DNA of 64,000 bases from a bacterium (GTDB taxonomy: Bacteria > Patescibacteriota > Microgenomatia > Levybacterales > UBA12049), in assembly GCA_021791545.1 (NCBI GenBank), contig JAJYWL010000001.1, positions 5,856-69,855 on the forward strand, read 5' to 3'. This document shows, in pieces, positions 29,564 to 38,377 of the stretch. Position 1 is the first letter of the stretch. Each line of letters begins with the position of its first letter. The notes beneath the pieces are model-generated. The model made no database searches. It saw nothing but the letters and a program-made list of their open reading frames with translations, and was not told the origin of the DNA. Position numbers and translations under genes: made by a program.

Positions 29564-30110
29564 CTTTTTGTCCTTTCTTTTCGGGAGAAATTAATATTAT
29601 TAATTTTCTTCCCTCAAGTCTTCTTTCCCTATCAACTTTTGATATGTCGGAAAGCATTGCTAAGGCTTTATCCAAAGTTTGGTGTCCAAATTCAGGATGA
29701 GTTATTTGTCTTCCCGAAAAGTAGACTACCAGTCTTACCTTATCTCCGCCTTCCAGGAACTCCCTTGCTCTTCTTATCATGGTCTCAAGGTCGTTCTCTC
29801 CCATGAAAGGTCCCAGTCTTACTTCTTTGGTTTCTGAAACCTTGGCTTTTCTTTTCTCTTCTCTATGTTTCTTTTCTTCCTGGTAAAGAAACTTTTTGTA
29901 GTCGATTATCTTTGCAACCGGCGGATTCGCCATGGGTGCTATCTCGACTAAGTCCAAGCCTTCGTTTCTTGCTAGATTAAGTGCTTCTAATCTTCCTAAA
30001 ACGTCAATCTGCTTCCCATCACTTCCTAAAACACGTAATTGGGGAGCAGATATTCTTTCGTTAACCCTGTAAAATTTTCTATTGTCCTGTCTCTTATGCT
30101 TTTTTATCAA
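29529..30110 (-). CDS. infC: translation initiation factor IF-3
   Basis: RVNERISAPQLRVLGSDGKQIDVL...LDLVEI....PPVAKIIDYKKF. Overlaps thrS and rpmI ends; the true start is possibly a non-AUG codon downstream, as usual for infC. Confidence 0.85.
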   Translation of the reverse strand: MIKKHKRQDNRKFYRVNERISAPQLRVLGSDGKQIDVLGRLEALNLARNEGLDLVEIAPMANPPVAKIIDYKKFLYQEEKKHREEKRKAKVSETKEVRLGPFMGENDLETMIRRAREFLEGGDKVRLVVYFSGRQITHPEFGHQTLDKALAMLSDISKVDRERRLEGRKLIILISPEKKGQKDVKEENQESSI

Positions 30111-31815
30111 TTTCTTGTTTAACCTTGTTAAGAAAATCGGAAACTTTTATCTTTCCCAAGTCCTCACCTTTTCTGGTTCGGACAGAAACAGACTCCTCAT
30201 CCGTTTCTTTCTTCCCTATTATACCTAAATATGGGACTTTTTGTAAAGTGGCGTCCCTGATCTTTGCTTGGAGCCTTTCGTTTCGTAAGTCTACGTCTAC
30301 TCTTACGCCATGTTCTCTTAGTTTTCCGGCCAGTTTTTCGGCATAATCATTTTGCTCATCGGTAATAGGAAGAAGAGCAACCTGAACAGGACTTATCCAA
30401 AGAGGAAAAGCACCGCCAAAGTTTTCGATCAAAATTCCTATGAATCTTTCAAGGGAACCGTATAGAACCCTATGTATGGCAATAGGAGTCTTTTCTTTCC
30501 CTTCCGAATCTGAGTATTTAAGATTAAACCTCATCGGCTGTTGAAAATCGAGTTGTAAAGTTCCTGTCTGCCATTTTCTTCCAAGAGAGTCTTTCATGAG
30601 TATATCTATCTTTGGTCCATAAAAAGCTCCTTCTCCCGCTTCTATCGTGTATTCTTTTCCGCTTTCCTTAAGTATTCTTTCCAATACTTCTTCGGCCTTA
30701 TCCCATACTTTTTCTTCTCCCATAAAATCTTTTGGTCTGGTCCCAAATCTGAAGGAATATTCGAGTTTGAAAATAGAATAAAATTTTTCAACCAGGGCAA
30801 AAAGTTTTTTAAATTCCCCTTCTATCTGATCTTCTTTTACAAATATATGTGCATCGTCTTGTCTAAATTCCCTTACCCTTAATAGTCCGTTCAATACTCC
30901 TGAAAGTTCATATCTATGAAGCGGATCTGTATCTGAGAATCTCAATGGGAGATCTCTATATGATCTGGTCTTGAATCCGAAGACTGTCATTGCGTTGGGA
31001 CAATTCATTGCTTTTACTCCGTAGACTTCATCTTTACCCATATCCGCAACAAACATATCTTGCCAATAATGGTCAAAGTGTCCTGATGTTACATAGAGCT
31101 GTTTCTTGTTAAGTATTGGAGTAATGACTTCCTGATATCCCTCTTCTTGATGTTCTTCTCTCCAGAATTTCAAAAGTTCGTTGTAAATAATTGTTCCCTT
31201 AGGAAGCCAATATGCCATGCCGGGTGAAGTTTCAGAAAAAAAGAATAATTCTAAAGCTGGTCCTAGCTTCTTGTGATCTCTTTTTTTTGCTTCTTCAAGC
31301 ATGTTGAGGTATTCATCAAGTTCCTTTTGGGAAGGAAAACAAGTTCCGTAGATTCTTGTCAACATCTTGTTCTTCTCGTCCCCTCTCCAATATGCACCTG
31401 CAAGGGATAAAAGTTTTAATGCTCCTATTTCTTCCGACGGGTTTTCCGAATGTCCTCCCCTGCAAAGGTCTTCGAAGTTTCCGGCTTTATATAAGGTTAT
31501 TTCTTCTCCTCTTTTTTCTATTTCATCGATAAGCTCAAGTTTATATGGATTATCTTTATATATTTCTTTGGCTTCTTTTGCATTTACTTCCCTTTTTGAA
31601 AATCCGTTCCAAGAAGGAAGAATTTTTCTCATTCTATCTTCAATTTTTGGTAAGTCTTCCTCTGATATGGGTTGAGTAAACTCAAGATCATAGTAAAATC
31701 CGTTTTCAATGGCAGGTCCAATTGTTAATTTTGTCTTGGGATAAAGTTCCATTACTGCCGCAGCAAGAAGGTGTGCGCAAGAGTGTCTTATGTTATCCAT
31801 TTTTCCTTTGTCCAT
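30094..31815 (-). CDS. thrS: threonyl-tRNA synthetase (lacks N-terminal TGS domain)
   Basis: Editing-domain motif HSCAHLLA at the N-terminus, class II catalytic motifs and a C-terminal anticodon-binding domain; 573 aa. Confidence 0.9.
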   Translation of the reverse strand: MDKGKMDNIRHSCAHLLAAAVMELYPKTKLTIGPAIENGFYYDLEFTQPISEEDLPKIEDRMRKILPSWNGFSKREVNAKEAKEIYKDNPYKLELIDEIEKRGEEITLYKAGNFEDLCRGGHSENPSEEIGALKLLSLAGAYWRGDEKNKMLTRIYGTCFPSQKELDEYLNMLEEAKKRDHKKLGPALELFFFSETSPGMAYWLPKGTIIYNELLKFWREEHQEEGYQEVITPILNKKQLYVTSGHFDHYWQDMFVADMGKDEVYGVKAMNCPNAMTVFGFKTRSYRDLPLRFSDTDPLHRYELSGVLNGLLRVREFRQDDAHIFVKEDQIEGEFKKLFALVEKFYSIFKLEYSFRFGTRPKDFMGEEKVWDKAEEVLERILKESGKEYTIEAGEGAFYGPKIDILMKDSLGRKWQTGTLQLDFQQPMRFNLKYSDSEGKEKTPIAIHRVLYGSLERFIGILIENFGGAFPLWISPVQVALLPITDEQNDYAEKLAGKLREHGVRVDVDLRNERLQAKIRDATLQKVPYLGIIGKKETDEESVSVRTRKGEDLGKIKVSDFLNKVKQEIDKKA

Positions 31816-31854
31816 GAGTTGATTTTAGCAGAGAGTAATAATGAAGGCAATTAT

Positions 31855-32106
31855 TTACTTACTGGAGGGAGTTACATCATAATTTTTACCGGCATAATGA
31901 TTTAAAGCCTCAAAAATTGTTGCTTCTGGTTTCAATGCTCTTACCTCAAGTATTCTTTTTGGTATATCAGGACCAAGATCAGCAGTCATTTGATCAATAA
32001 ATCTTTGCTCAGACTGTCTTTTCTCTTCGATTTCTTCTGGGCTTAAAGGCCTAGGAAAACGAATAAGTTTCCCTTCAGGGAATTCTCGTTCACGTATTGC
32101 TACCAT
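31855..32106 (-). CDS. hypothetical protein (83 aa)
   Basis: ORF only. Confidence 0.35.
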   Translation of the reverse strand: MVAIREREFPEGKLIRFPRPLSPEEIEEKRQSEQRFIDQMTADLGPDIPKRILEVRALKPEATIFEALNHYAGKNYDVTPSSK

Positions 32107-32109
32107 ATA

Positions 32110-32334
32110 CTACTTAATTAATAAATTCGGATTTTTACTGACGACAAATTCAATTACTCCTGCCACGAAATTTCCTACAAAAGGAATAAGGTTTACGTTT
32201 TTAAGAAGTAGAGTAAGTAGTGCGATGATTAAGGAAAGACCAACTGTTGCTCCAAGTGCCCATGCTATACCGCCGATAAAATTATTTACAAATATCTTTT
32301 TCCTTGGGAGAGAATTAGATTCGTATTTTTCCAT
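32110..32334 (-). CDS. small two-TM membrane protein
   Basis: Two hydrophobic helices (IGGIAWALGATVGLSLIIALLTLLL; VGNFVAGVIEFVV). Confidence 0.4.
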   Translation of the reverse strand: MEKYESNSLPRKKIFVNNFIGGIAWALGATVGLSLIIALLTLLLKNVNLIPFVGNFVAGVIEFVVSKNPNLLIK

Positions 32335-32397
32335 TCAGAAATAAATTCCTAAGAAAAGAATAGAAGAACCAAATAGTTGTGTCAATAGGAGTTTATG

Positions 32398-32970
32398 TTA
32401 TAAGCTGAGGTCTGAGGAGATCTGTTGCATTGCAAAAAGAGAGATATCAATAAAATTCTTAAGGGGTATTCCAAGCTTTTCTTCGCACATTTCAATCTGA
32501 TCTCTACTTGCTCCTTTCGCAAATGATTTTTCGTTAAACCTATTAAGAATGAAGTCTGTATTTAGAGAAGAAAGTTTTTTGTCCGGATGTACAAGAGCGG
32601 CCGCTATTATCAGTCCTGTAAGTTCGTCTGCGCAATAAATGCTCCAGTCCATTTTTGATTTAGGTTCTACTCGGTTGTTTTTCCAATTATGTGACTTTAT
32701 TGCGTAGACAACTTCGGGTGGCAATTGACCTCCCAATTTTTCTTCAAGGACCAGTGTATGTTTTTCTGGATTATCTTTTGTCAGTTCATAATCAGCGTCA
32801 TGAAGAAGGCCAACCAGTCCCCACTTCCCCTCCTCTATTGAGTTTTCAGATTGAGGATTAAAGTATCTATAAAGATTAATCATTACCGCTTCACAAGCAA
32901 GATGATGCTTTATAAGATTTTCGTTTTTAATGAGGTCCTTCAATTTTTGAAGTGCTTCTTCTCTTGTCAT
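32398..32970 (-). CDS. HD-domain phosphohydrolase
   Basis: HH...GLLHDADY metal-binding His/Asp pattern of the HD superfamily. Confidence 0.55.
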   Translation of the reverse strand: MTREEALQKLKDLIKNENLIKHHLACEAVMINLYRYFNPQSENSIEEGKWGLVGLLHDADYELTKDNPEKHTLVLEEKLGGQLPPEVVYAIKSHNWKNNRVEPKSKMDWSIYCADELTGLIIAAALVHPDKKLSSLNTDFILNRFNEKSFAKGASRDQIEMCEEKLGIPLKNFIDISLFAMQQISSDLSL

Positions 32971-33040
32971 AACTATTAATCTATTCTGAATAGAAACAGT
33001 ATAACATTTCTAAATAAGAGGTGCTAAGAATATTGATGGA

Positions 33041-33331
33041 TTAAAATTTGCCTTGTGTAATTCTTCTGCCCGCAATCATTAAAGCTCCTGCTCCAGTTAT
33101 TGCAGCACCAGCCGCTATATAATCAGGAGTTCTACCTTCGGCTACAAATAATGCGGTGTTTAAAGCTCCAAAAGTTGTTATGCCTCTACCCATCCAAGGA
33201 TTTTTAAAGTAAGCATTTTCAGTAGAACGACTAATATGATCTAGTGATGAGCTAAAAATTCTTCTAGCAGAAATTCTCCTCAAGGTACGAGTAGAATCGC
33301 TTTCATTATTAACTGGTTCTCTTTCTGTCAT
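33041..33331 (-). CDS. hypothetical protein with Gly/Ala-rich hydrophobic C-terminus
   Basis: ORF of 96 aa; segment GITTFGALNTALFVAEG...AAGAAITGAGALMIAG. Confidence 0.3.
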   Translation of the reverse strand: MTEREPVNNESDSTRTLRRISARRIFSSSLDHISRSTENAYFKNPWMGRGITTFGALNTALFVAEGRTPDYIAAGAAITGAGALMIAGRRITQGKF

Positions 33332-33385
33332 AGTTCTGAAGTGTAGCAGGTTGATATGGTAATGTCAACTATAGGACGTTTATTA

Positions 33386-33462
33386 TGGTGGGCCCGAGAA
33401 GAGTCGAACTTCTGACCTTTGCAATGTCAATGCAACGCTCTAACCAACTGAGCTACGAGCCC
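33386..33462 (-). tRNA. tRNA-Val (anticodon GAC), CCA encoded
   Basis: Manual cloverleaf: acceptor GGGCTCG/CGGGCCC, D GCTC/GAGC, anticodon stem TTGCA/TGCAA with loop TTGACAT, T-arm AGAAG-TTCGACT-CTTCT, then ACCA. Confidence 0.85.
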
Positions 33463-33547
33463 TCGTCGAGTGCAATTTCGCACTCTCCTTTTCAAAAAGA
33501 AAAAAGGATGAAGACGATTGTATTTTACCAGAATAAAGTAATAAGTT

Positions 33548-33748
33548 CTACATGCGTACGCTAAGTTGATATTCTGCTCCTGGTGCCATGACTACTTCAG
33601 AGGAATAAGGATCCCTATATTCTTCTCTGTTAGGGTCTCCGAATTCTCTTATTAAACGTCTTGTCATAGCAGCGCTTTCTCTTTCCCTTTTTGCTTCCTC
33701 GCTTTCGTAAGCTGCTTTTTCCTGTTCCACTCTTTGTTCTGTTTCCAT
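33548..33748 (-). CDS. hypothetical small acidic protein (66 aa)
   Basis: ORF, third gene of a compact three-gene minus-strand unit. Confidence 0.35.
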   Translation of the reverse strand: METEQRVEQEKAAYESEEAKRERESAAMTRRLIREFGDPNREEYRDPYSSEVVMAPGAEYQLSVRM

Positions 33749-33788
33749 ATTAATTTCACCTCCTTTGTTTGAAAATATTGATAGTCAG

Positions 33789-34256
33789 TTAATGTCTTCG
33801 CCTTCTATCACCATCTCCTGTTAACCCCAGTACTTTTTCTACCTTGCCTTCATCTCTTAGTCTAGATTTAGCAAGTACAGTAATTAGGGGTGTTCCGAGA
33901 TGTTCTCCTCGATGGTAATAAATAACTAGGCCTCTGGGATCATAAGGTTCTCCTGCAGAGAGCCTGTTTATACCAGCTCTTTTTGCTCCATCACCGTTTA
34001 ATATTGACTCTATTTCTACAGCAATGGCTTTATTTCCTCTTTTACTTTCTTCTTCGTTTAATCCTTGGGCAAGTTCTAATGCCACATTGTTACTTTGAAT
34101 AGCGGATCCTATAAAACATGGTCTTCCATGATCGGGAAAATTCGCTACCCTCATATCAAATTGTTTTCCTTTTGCAAGCCATGGCACAGTATTTCCATCT
34201 ACTCTTACTGTTTTGTCCGTTGATCTTGTTTCTGTCGAACGTTCTGTTGTTCCCAT
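33789..34256 (-). CDS. hypothetical protein (155 aa)
   Basis: ORF; 15-nt spacing to the upstream gene. Confidence 0.45.
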   Translation of the reverse strand: MGTTERSTETRSTDKTVRVDGNTVPWLAKGKQFDMRVANFPDHGRPCFIGSAIQSNNVALELAQGLNEEESKRGNKAIAVEIESILNGDGAKRAGINRLSAGEPYDPRGLVIYYHRGEHLGTPLITVLAKSRLRDEGKVEKVLGLTGDGDRRRRH

Positions 34257-34271
34257 AATTCACCTCCTTTT

Positions 34272-34754
34272 TTAAACTCCGTTATAACTGTCATTTATTT
34301 GATCAATGATTTCGGTTTTGGGTGGAGGTTGAAAAATAATCCTGTCTGCTCTGTCAATTTCTCCATGTTGTGCTAGTTCTTCTCTGAGAGAAAATATTGC
34401 TTTGTTTCTCAAATTTGCCAACAATTTTGAATCTGTTATTGTTCCTCCCTTTACCGGAACTTCTGTTCCGTCATCTTTTTCTTCCCATGCAGTAAAAGGA
34501 AGAGTGGGATCGGTTTCGACAATTCTAGTGAGAGTATCTACTCTATCTGCCAGAAACCAGTCCTCATTTAGCTTTCTTTCTAAAAGATAAGAAGGATAGG
34601 AAGGATCTATTGCATGATATGTGGGAACATGATCCCATTCATATACAACCATTTCTCCTCTTGACCCTTCTCTTTGCGGAGGGACTGTATGCTCAGCATC
34701 TACTATTCTTGCTTTGTTATGTATTAAATAACCATAATCTATTTCTTTACTCAT
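34272..34754 (-). CDS. hypothetical protein (160 aa)
   Basis: ORF; preceded by a leader containing a terminator-like hairpin. Confidence 0.45.
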   Translation of the reverse strand: MSKEIDYGYLIHNKARIVDAEHTVPPQREGSRGEMVVYEWDHVPTYHAIDPSYPSYLLERKLNEDWFLADRVDTLTRIVETDPTLPFTAWEEKDDGTEVPVKGGTITDSKLLANLRNKAIFSLREELAQHGEIDRADRIIFQPPPKTEIIDQINDSYNGV

Positions 34755-34767
34755 AATTCAAAAACAT

Positions 34768-34790
34768 AAAAAAACCTCCCGTTTGGGAGG
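34768..34790 (-). terminator. terminator-like hairpin (CCTCCC-aaac-GGGAGG + U7) 13 nt upstream of the 34754 start codon; terminator or attenuator
   Basis: Perfect 6-bp GC-rich stem and T-run seen on the minus strand; a second imperfect hairpin CTCCC-cataa-GGGAG at 34826-34842. Confidence 0.5.
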
Positions 34791-34940
34791 TCTAAAGTTC
34801 TTTCTTAGTTTAAAAACTACGAACCGGACCTCCCCATAAGGGAGTTAATAAGGTTCATAATGTTCTTAAACAATTGATTTAACACAAATGCTATTGTAGG
34901 AAGAATAGTTGAGCTTGTCAACGGTCAATCAATATATAGG

Positions 34941-35582
34941 TTATCCTGTCTGTGTAGCCGGAGTTCTCTCTCCGTTTAAAGTGAAGCTTGTTCCATGGCT
35001 TTTTGCCATGCTCCAGTAATCTTTTCTTGCCTTTTTGCTTGAAAAGACACTTAACCAAGATGCCGAATTTTCTACTTTCATTCTTGCGTTTCTGACAACA
35101 GACAACATCCATTCAAAGAAATTGAGATGATATTTGCCTGGATTTACCGGCATCTCATTAACAGTAACGTCTTTGAATTCAATCTCAAGTTCTTGGGAGC
35201 TCTTGGTGAGTCTTTGAAGTTCAATTATGATTTCTTGCATTTTGGCTTGAGTTTCCTGATGTTCACGCCTTGATGTCATTTGTTCACCATATAGAATTTC
35301 TCTTTGATAATCTATTCCCGGCATGATAGCTGGTTTTCTTTCTGCTTTTTCCTCTTTCTCGATCTTTTTCTTTCCTAAAGTAATAAATTCTCCTTGTTTG
35401 AGGTCTCCTTTTGATGGTTGTTCACCTTTGGTGTTTTCTCCAAGCATTTGTTTCCAAAGATCAGAGATCATTCCGTCAACGGCCTGGTCTTTTGCAGTCT
35501 TTTTTAAATCGGAGCCGAGGTCCCTTAAGGCTTCAATTTGATCAACGTAATTATGTGTTTTTTGGGTTTTTTTGCTATTCAT
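34941..35582 (-). CDS. hypothetical protein (213 aa), charged / coiled-coil-like
   Basis: ORF only. Confidence 0.4.
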   Translation of the reverse strand: MNSKKTQKTHNYVDQIEALRDLGSDLKKTAKDQAVDGMISDLWKQMLGENTKGEQPSKGDLKQGEFITLGKKKIEKEEKAERKPAIMPGIDYQREILYGEQMTSRREHQETQAKMQEIIIELQRLTKSSQELEIEFKDVTVNEMPVNPGKYHLNFFEWMLSVVRNARMKVENSASWLSVFSSKKARKDYWSMAKSHGTSFTLNGERTPATQTG

Positions 35583-35599
35583 AAAACGCTTTGCTTATA

Positions 35600-36427
35600 T
35601 CACAGATTCCTTAGGAAATCAAGCGTCTTCTGCTGTCTTATTATAACAGCAAGGAGGTTTTTATTGGTCATTAGATTTTGTCTTTCGGCTTCATTTGGGG
35701 CTTGTGTGATTGCCTCTTCTACTTCTTTATCTTCCGCAAAGATCTTTTCTTCGTCCGCAATCTTTTGAAGTGCAAATTCAAGTTTAAGATCGTTAGAGGC
35801 TTTTTGTGCATATTCTGCTCTTAAATCTTCTATGGTCCTCTTTGTAGAGGCAAGATATTGGTCAAGAGTAAGTCCGAGTCTTTTTATTTCATCAAGCATT
35901 TGAGAAAGAAGTCTGTCTACTTCGCCTTCTACTAATATTGCTGGAATTGTGATTTTTACTGTTTCCATAAGGATTTTGACTACTTCATCGAATCCTACTT
36001 GGGTTTGTTCTTTTCCGGGAACTGCAATTTTAGATTTAGCAGTAACTGTTTTAATCTTATCTTTATAGTCTCCCAACTCTATTTGTGGAGCTTCGCATGT
36101 TAATGCGGTGAATTCCCAGTCTTTTTCATCTTCGAGTTTGTCTACATGAATCTTGGGATTTATGATGGGATTTATTTTGTGCTCTTTTATGGCCTCTACA
36201 TAGCCCTGTGGGAGTATTCTTTTAAGTATTTCTTCTCTTAGTCTATCCGGATCAATTCTTTCTTCTACAAGCTTTTTAGGCGCCATTCCTTTTCTAAAGC
36301 CCGGAAGTTCGGCTTCTTTAACGAATGCCTCTAAAACCTCTTCCTTAACTTTTTTTACCGTTTCCCAAGGAACAGCTATTTTAAGCTCAATTGTATTATC
36401 TTCAAGTTTATTAATTGTTGATTTCAT
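35600..36427 (-). CDS. tig: trigger factor (short form, ribosome-binding N-domain + C-domain, no obvious PPIase insert)
   Basis: N-terminal ribosome-binding signature ELPGFRKGMAPKKLVE (TF 'GFRxGxxP' motif); 275 aa versus about 430 aa typical. Confidence 0.65.
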   Translation of the reverse strand: MKSTINKLEDNTIELKIAVPWETVKKVKEEVLEAFVKEAELPGFRKGMAPKKLVEERIDPDRLREEILKRILPQGYVEAIKEHKINPIINPKIHVDKLEDEKDWEFTALTCEAPQIELGDYKDKIKTVTAKSKIAVPGKEQTQVGFDEVVKILMETVKITIPAILVEGEVDRLLSQMLDEIKRLGLTLDQYLASTKRTIEDLRAEYAQKASNDLKLEFALQKIADEEKIFAEDKEVEEAITQAPNEAERQNLMTNKNLLAVIIRQQKTLDFLRNL

Positions 36428-36438
36428 ATGTATCTTAG

Positions 36439-36522
36439 TGCCCAGGGGGAGACTCGAACTCCCAAACCCTTACGGGCAATAGGTCCTAAACCTATCGCGT
36501 CTGCCAATTTCGCCACCTGGGC
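36439..36522 (-). tRNA. tRNA-Leu (anticodon TAG), type II with long variable arm
   Basis: Acceptor GCCCAGG/CCTGGGC, anticodon stem ATAGG/CCTAT with loop TTTAGGA, variable arm TGCCCGTAAGGGTTT, T-arm GGGAG-TTCGAGT-CTCCC, discriminator A; no CCA encoded. Confidence 0.85.
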
Positions 36523-36558
36523 GGTTGGCCCATAGCCAGTCCGAATATTATAGCGTAG

Positions 36559-37143
36559 TTATATCGAAAGGGAAAGGGTTTCTTTGGTATCGGTAAGCTC
36601 AAAAGCCCTTATCTTTTTAAGATAATATTCTACATGAGAAGCCCATGTAGGAGATGAAGCATATATAGACCCTATTTCATATATATCTTTAGCCTTCCAC
36701 TGATCGATATATCTTTCCCTAAGTCCCTGGGAAACAGTAGCTATTCCATCAGGCCATGATTTGAACCTGATTACATTGTCTCCATATACTCCCCAACCCC
36801 ATCCATTGTATGAGTCAGTGGGTATGGCCTGTCCAAAGGTAGATTCAACACCCGAGATAGCTGCAACAAGTCTCCAGTCAAGGTTATATTTGTCAGCCTG
36901 AACTATAAAATCATTTGCATAACCTGCAAGAGGTGAGTTCTGGCTTTCTAAGTATTCCTTTAAGACTTTTGCACGGTAATCCCTTTCCGCACTTATTTCG
37001 TTAGAAATAATGTTTGCAGATGATGCAGAAGCTTTTTGTTCTGCTAGGGAGTACTGAGGAATTACAGCGGATATTGCTGTAAGGAGTAGGAGAAAAGCAA
37101 AAATGTTTTTCTTCATACTTCTTCGTGGCTCCTTTAAAACCAC
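36559..37143 (-). CDS. secreted lysozyme-like / lytic-transglycosylase-like protein (paralog A)
   Basis: Signal peptide MKKNIFAFLLLLTAISAVIP...A; YGLDWRLVAAISGVESTFGQ...NGWGWGVYG resembles the SLT 'a.a.QES..n' catalytic motif region. Confidence 0.45.
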   Translation of the reverse strand: MVLKEPRRSMKKNIFAFLLLLTAISAVIPQYSLAEQKASASSANIISNEISAERDYRAKVLKEYLESQNSPLAGYANDFIVQADKYNLDWRLVAAISGVESTFGQAIPTDSYNGWGWGVYGDNVIRFKSWPDGIATVSQGLRERYIDQWKAKDIYEIGSIYASSPTWASHVEYYLKKIRAFELTDTKETLSLSI

Positions 37144-37234
37144 AAAAAAATCCTAACGTATGTATTTGGAAGGACATACCTTAGGATCTAGTTTGGGATT
37201 ATAGCAGAGAACTATAGGTTTGTCAAGTACCTAA

Positions 37235-37816
37235 CTATAGGGCTGTTTTTAGTTCATCCATGAAGTAGTTTACTCCGTTTGCCCAGCTTCCGTTGCTGCC
37301 CGGGGTGTACTTTTTCATTATCTCCTCCGGAGTTTCTAATCCGTTTGCCTTATAGTTTTTCGAAAGAGTCTTTGTAACGGTATCAATTGCTTCCGGATAG
37401 TCTGTGAACATCGTTACTTTCTTGCCGTAGATACCGAATCCCCAACAGTTAAATGATCCCTTGATTTCTTTCTTGCAAAGATTTGATTCTTGCATCGCTA
37501 TGGCGGGAATCAGTCTGTAATCAAGACCATATTTGTCGGCAGCTTCTACTACATTTTCTGCATATGGCGTCAACGGTGAACCGTATTTCTGGAAGAAGCT
37601 TCTAACAATTGAAATTCTTGCGTCCTGAATCTGCGCAGAGGCGGCAAATGTATTTGCTCCTTCAGGCAAGGCTGCATACGCTACTGTAGAGTTTTTTAGG
37701 GAAAAGTTGGCGTCAGAGGCTTTTTGATAAGAGAGGAAGGAAAGATAGATGAGGCAGAAAGCAATCATCATCGGCGTTGTGAATAACACAGCTGCGGACA
37801 GAAAAAACTTTTTCAT
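37235..37816 (-). CDS. secreted lysozyme-like / lytic-transglycosylase-like protein (paralog B)
   Basis: N-terminal signal/TM; YGLDYRLIPAIAMQESNLCKK...NCWGFGIYG; clear paralog of 36559..37143. Candidate promoter TTGACA-16-TAAGTA just upstream (about 37826-37860, minus strand). Confidence 0.45.
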   Translation of the reverse strand: MKKFFLSAAVLFTTPMMIAFCLIYLSFLSYQKASDANFSLKNSTVAYAALPEGANTFAASAQIQDARISIVRSFFQKYGSPLTPYAENVVEAADKYGLDYRLIPAIAMQESNLCKKEIKGSFNCWGFGIYGKKVTMFTDYPEAIDTVTKTLSKNYKANGLETPEEIMKKYTPGSNGSWANGVNYFMDELKTAL

Positions 37817-37869
37817 TTATCTTGGACATATACTTACATTTTTTATAAAACTTGTCAAGTTTAGCTTGC

Positions 37870-37905
37870 CAAAAATTAAGCTAATTTGGCACCCGAAGGT
37901 GCCAA
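37870..37905 (-). terminator. stem-loop (TTGGCACC-cgaa-GGTGCCAA), possible terminator downstream of 37931..38377
   Basis: Perfect 8-bp stem with GNRA-like loop; the T-run on the minus strand is offset by about 8 nt, so the terminator assignment is weak. Confidence 0.35.
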
Positions 37906-37930
37906 TTAGAAATATGGTTTTTAACCCTAT

Positions 37931-38377
37931 TTATGGAGTGGGAGTCGGTGAAATACCTCTTTGAAAAAGGTTTCCTCCAATTTGGATATCCTGAGCAGTT
38001 ATACTTCCATCAGAGTTAGATGTTCCTATAACCAAAACAGTATCTCCTGTTTTTACATCGCTTGAGCTTGCGGTTGCAGTTTTTACGTAAGTTGTGCTTG
38101 AAGTAAGATTGACGAGCTTGGTTGTTCCGTCGTTTAGTTTAATCGTCATACTATTTCCGTTTATATCTACAACCTGTCCCCTTCCTCCTCTTGCTCCATT
38201 GGGATTTCCGTTTCCAAATCTTCCGTTCATCATCCCTGTTCTCTGTTCTCCGTTTTGGAAAAAGGTTTGATTACCGGATCGGAAATTAGCTCCCTGGAAT
38301 TTAGAGCCTGCAAAAAAACCGGCTACCGCTGCCAGGATAACTATGATGAATACAGCAATCAGATTTCTTGAATTCAT
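37931..38377 (-). CDS. secreted/membrane-anchored hypothetical protein, Gly/Asn-rich then beta-rich domain
   Basis: N-terminal TM LIAVFIIVILAAVAGFFAG. Last gene (4-nt overlap) of the TCS/ABC/hydrolase operon. Confidence 0.45.
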   Translation of the reverse strand: MNSRNLIAVFIIVILAAVAGFFAGSKFQGANFRSGNQTFFQNGEQRTGMMNGRFGNGNPNGARGGRGQVVDINGNSMTIKLNDGTTKLVNLTSSTTYVKTATASSSDVKTGDTVLVIGTSNSDGSITAQDIQIGGNLFQRGISPTPTP

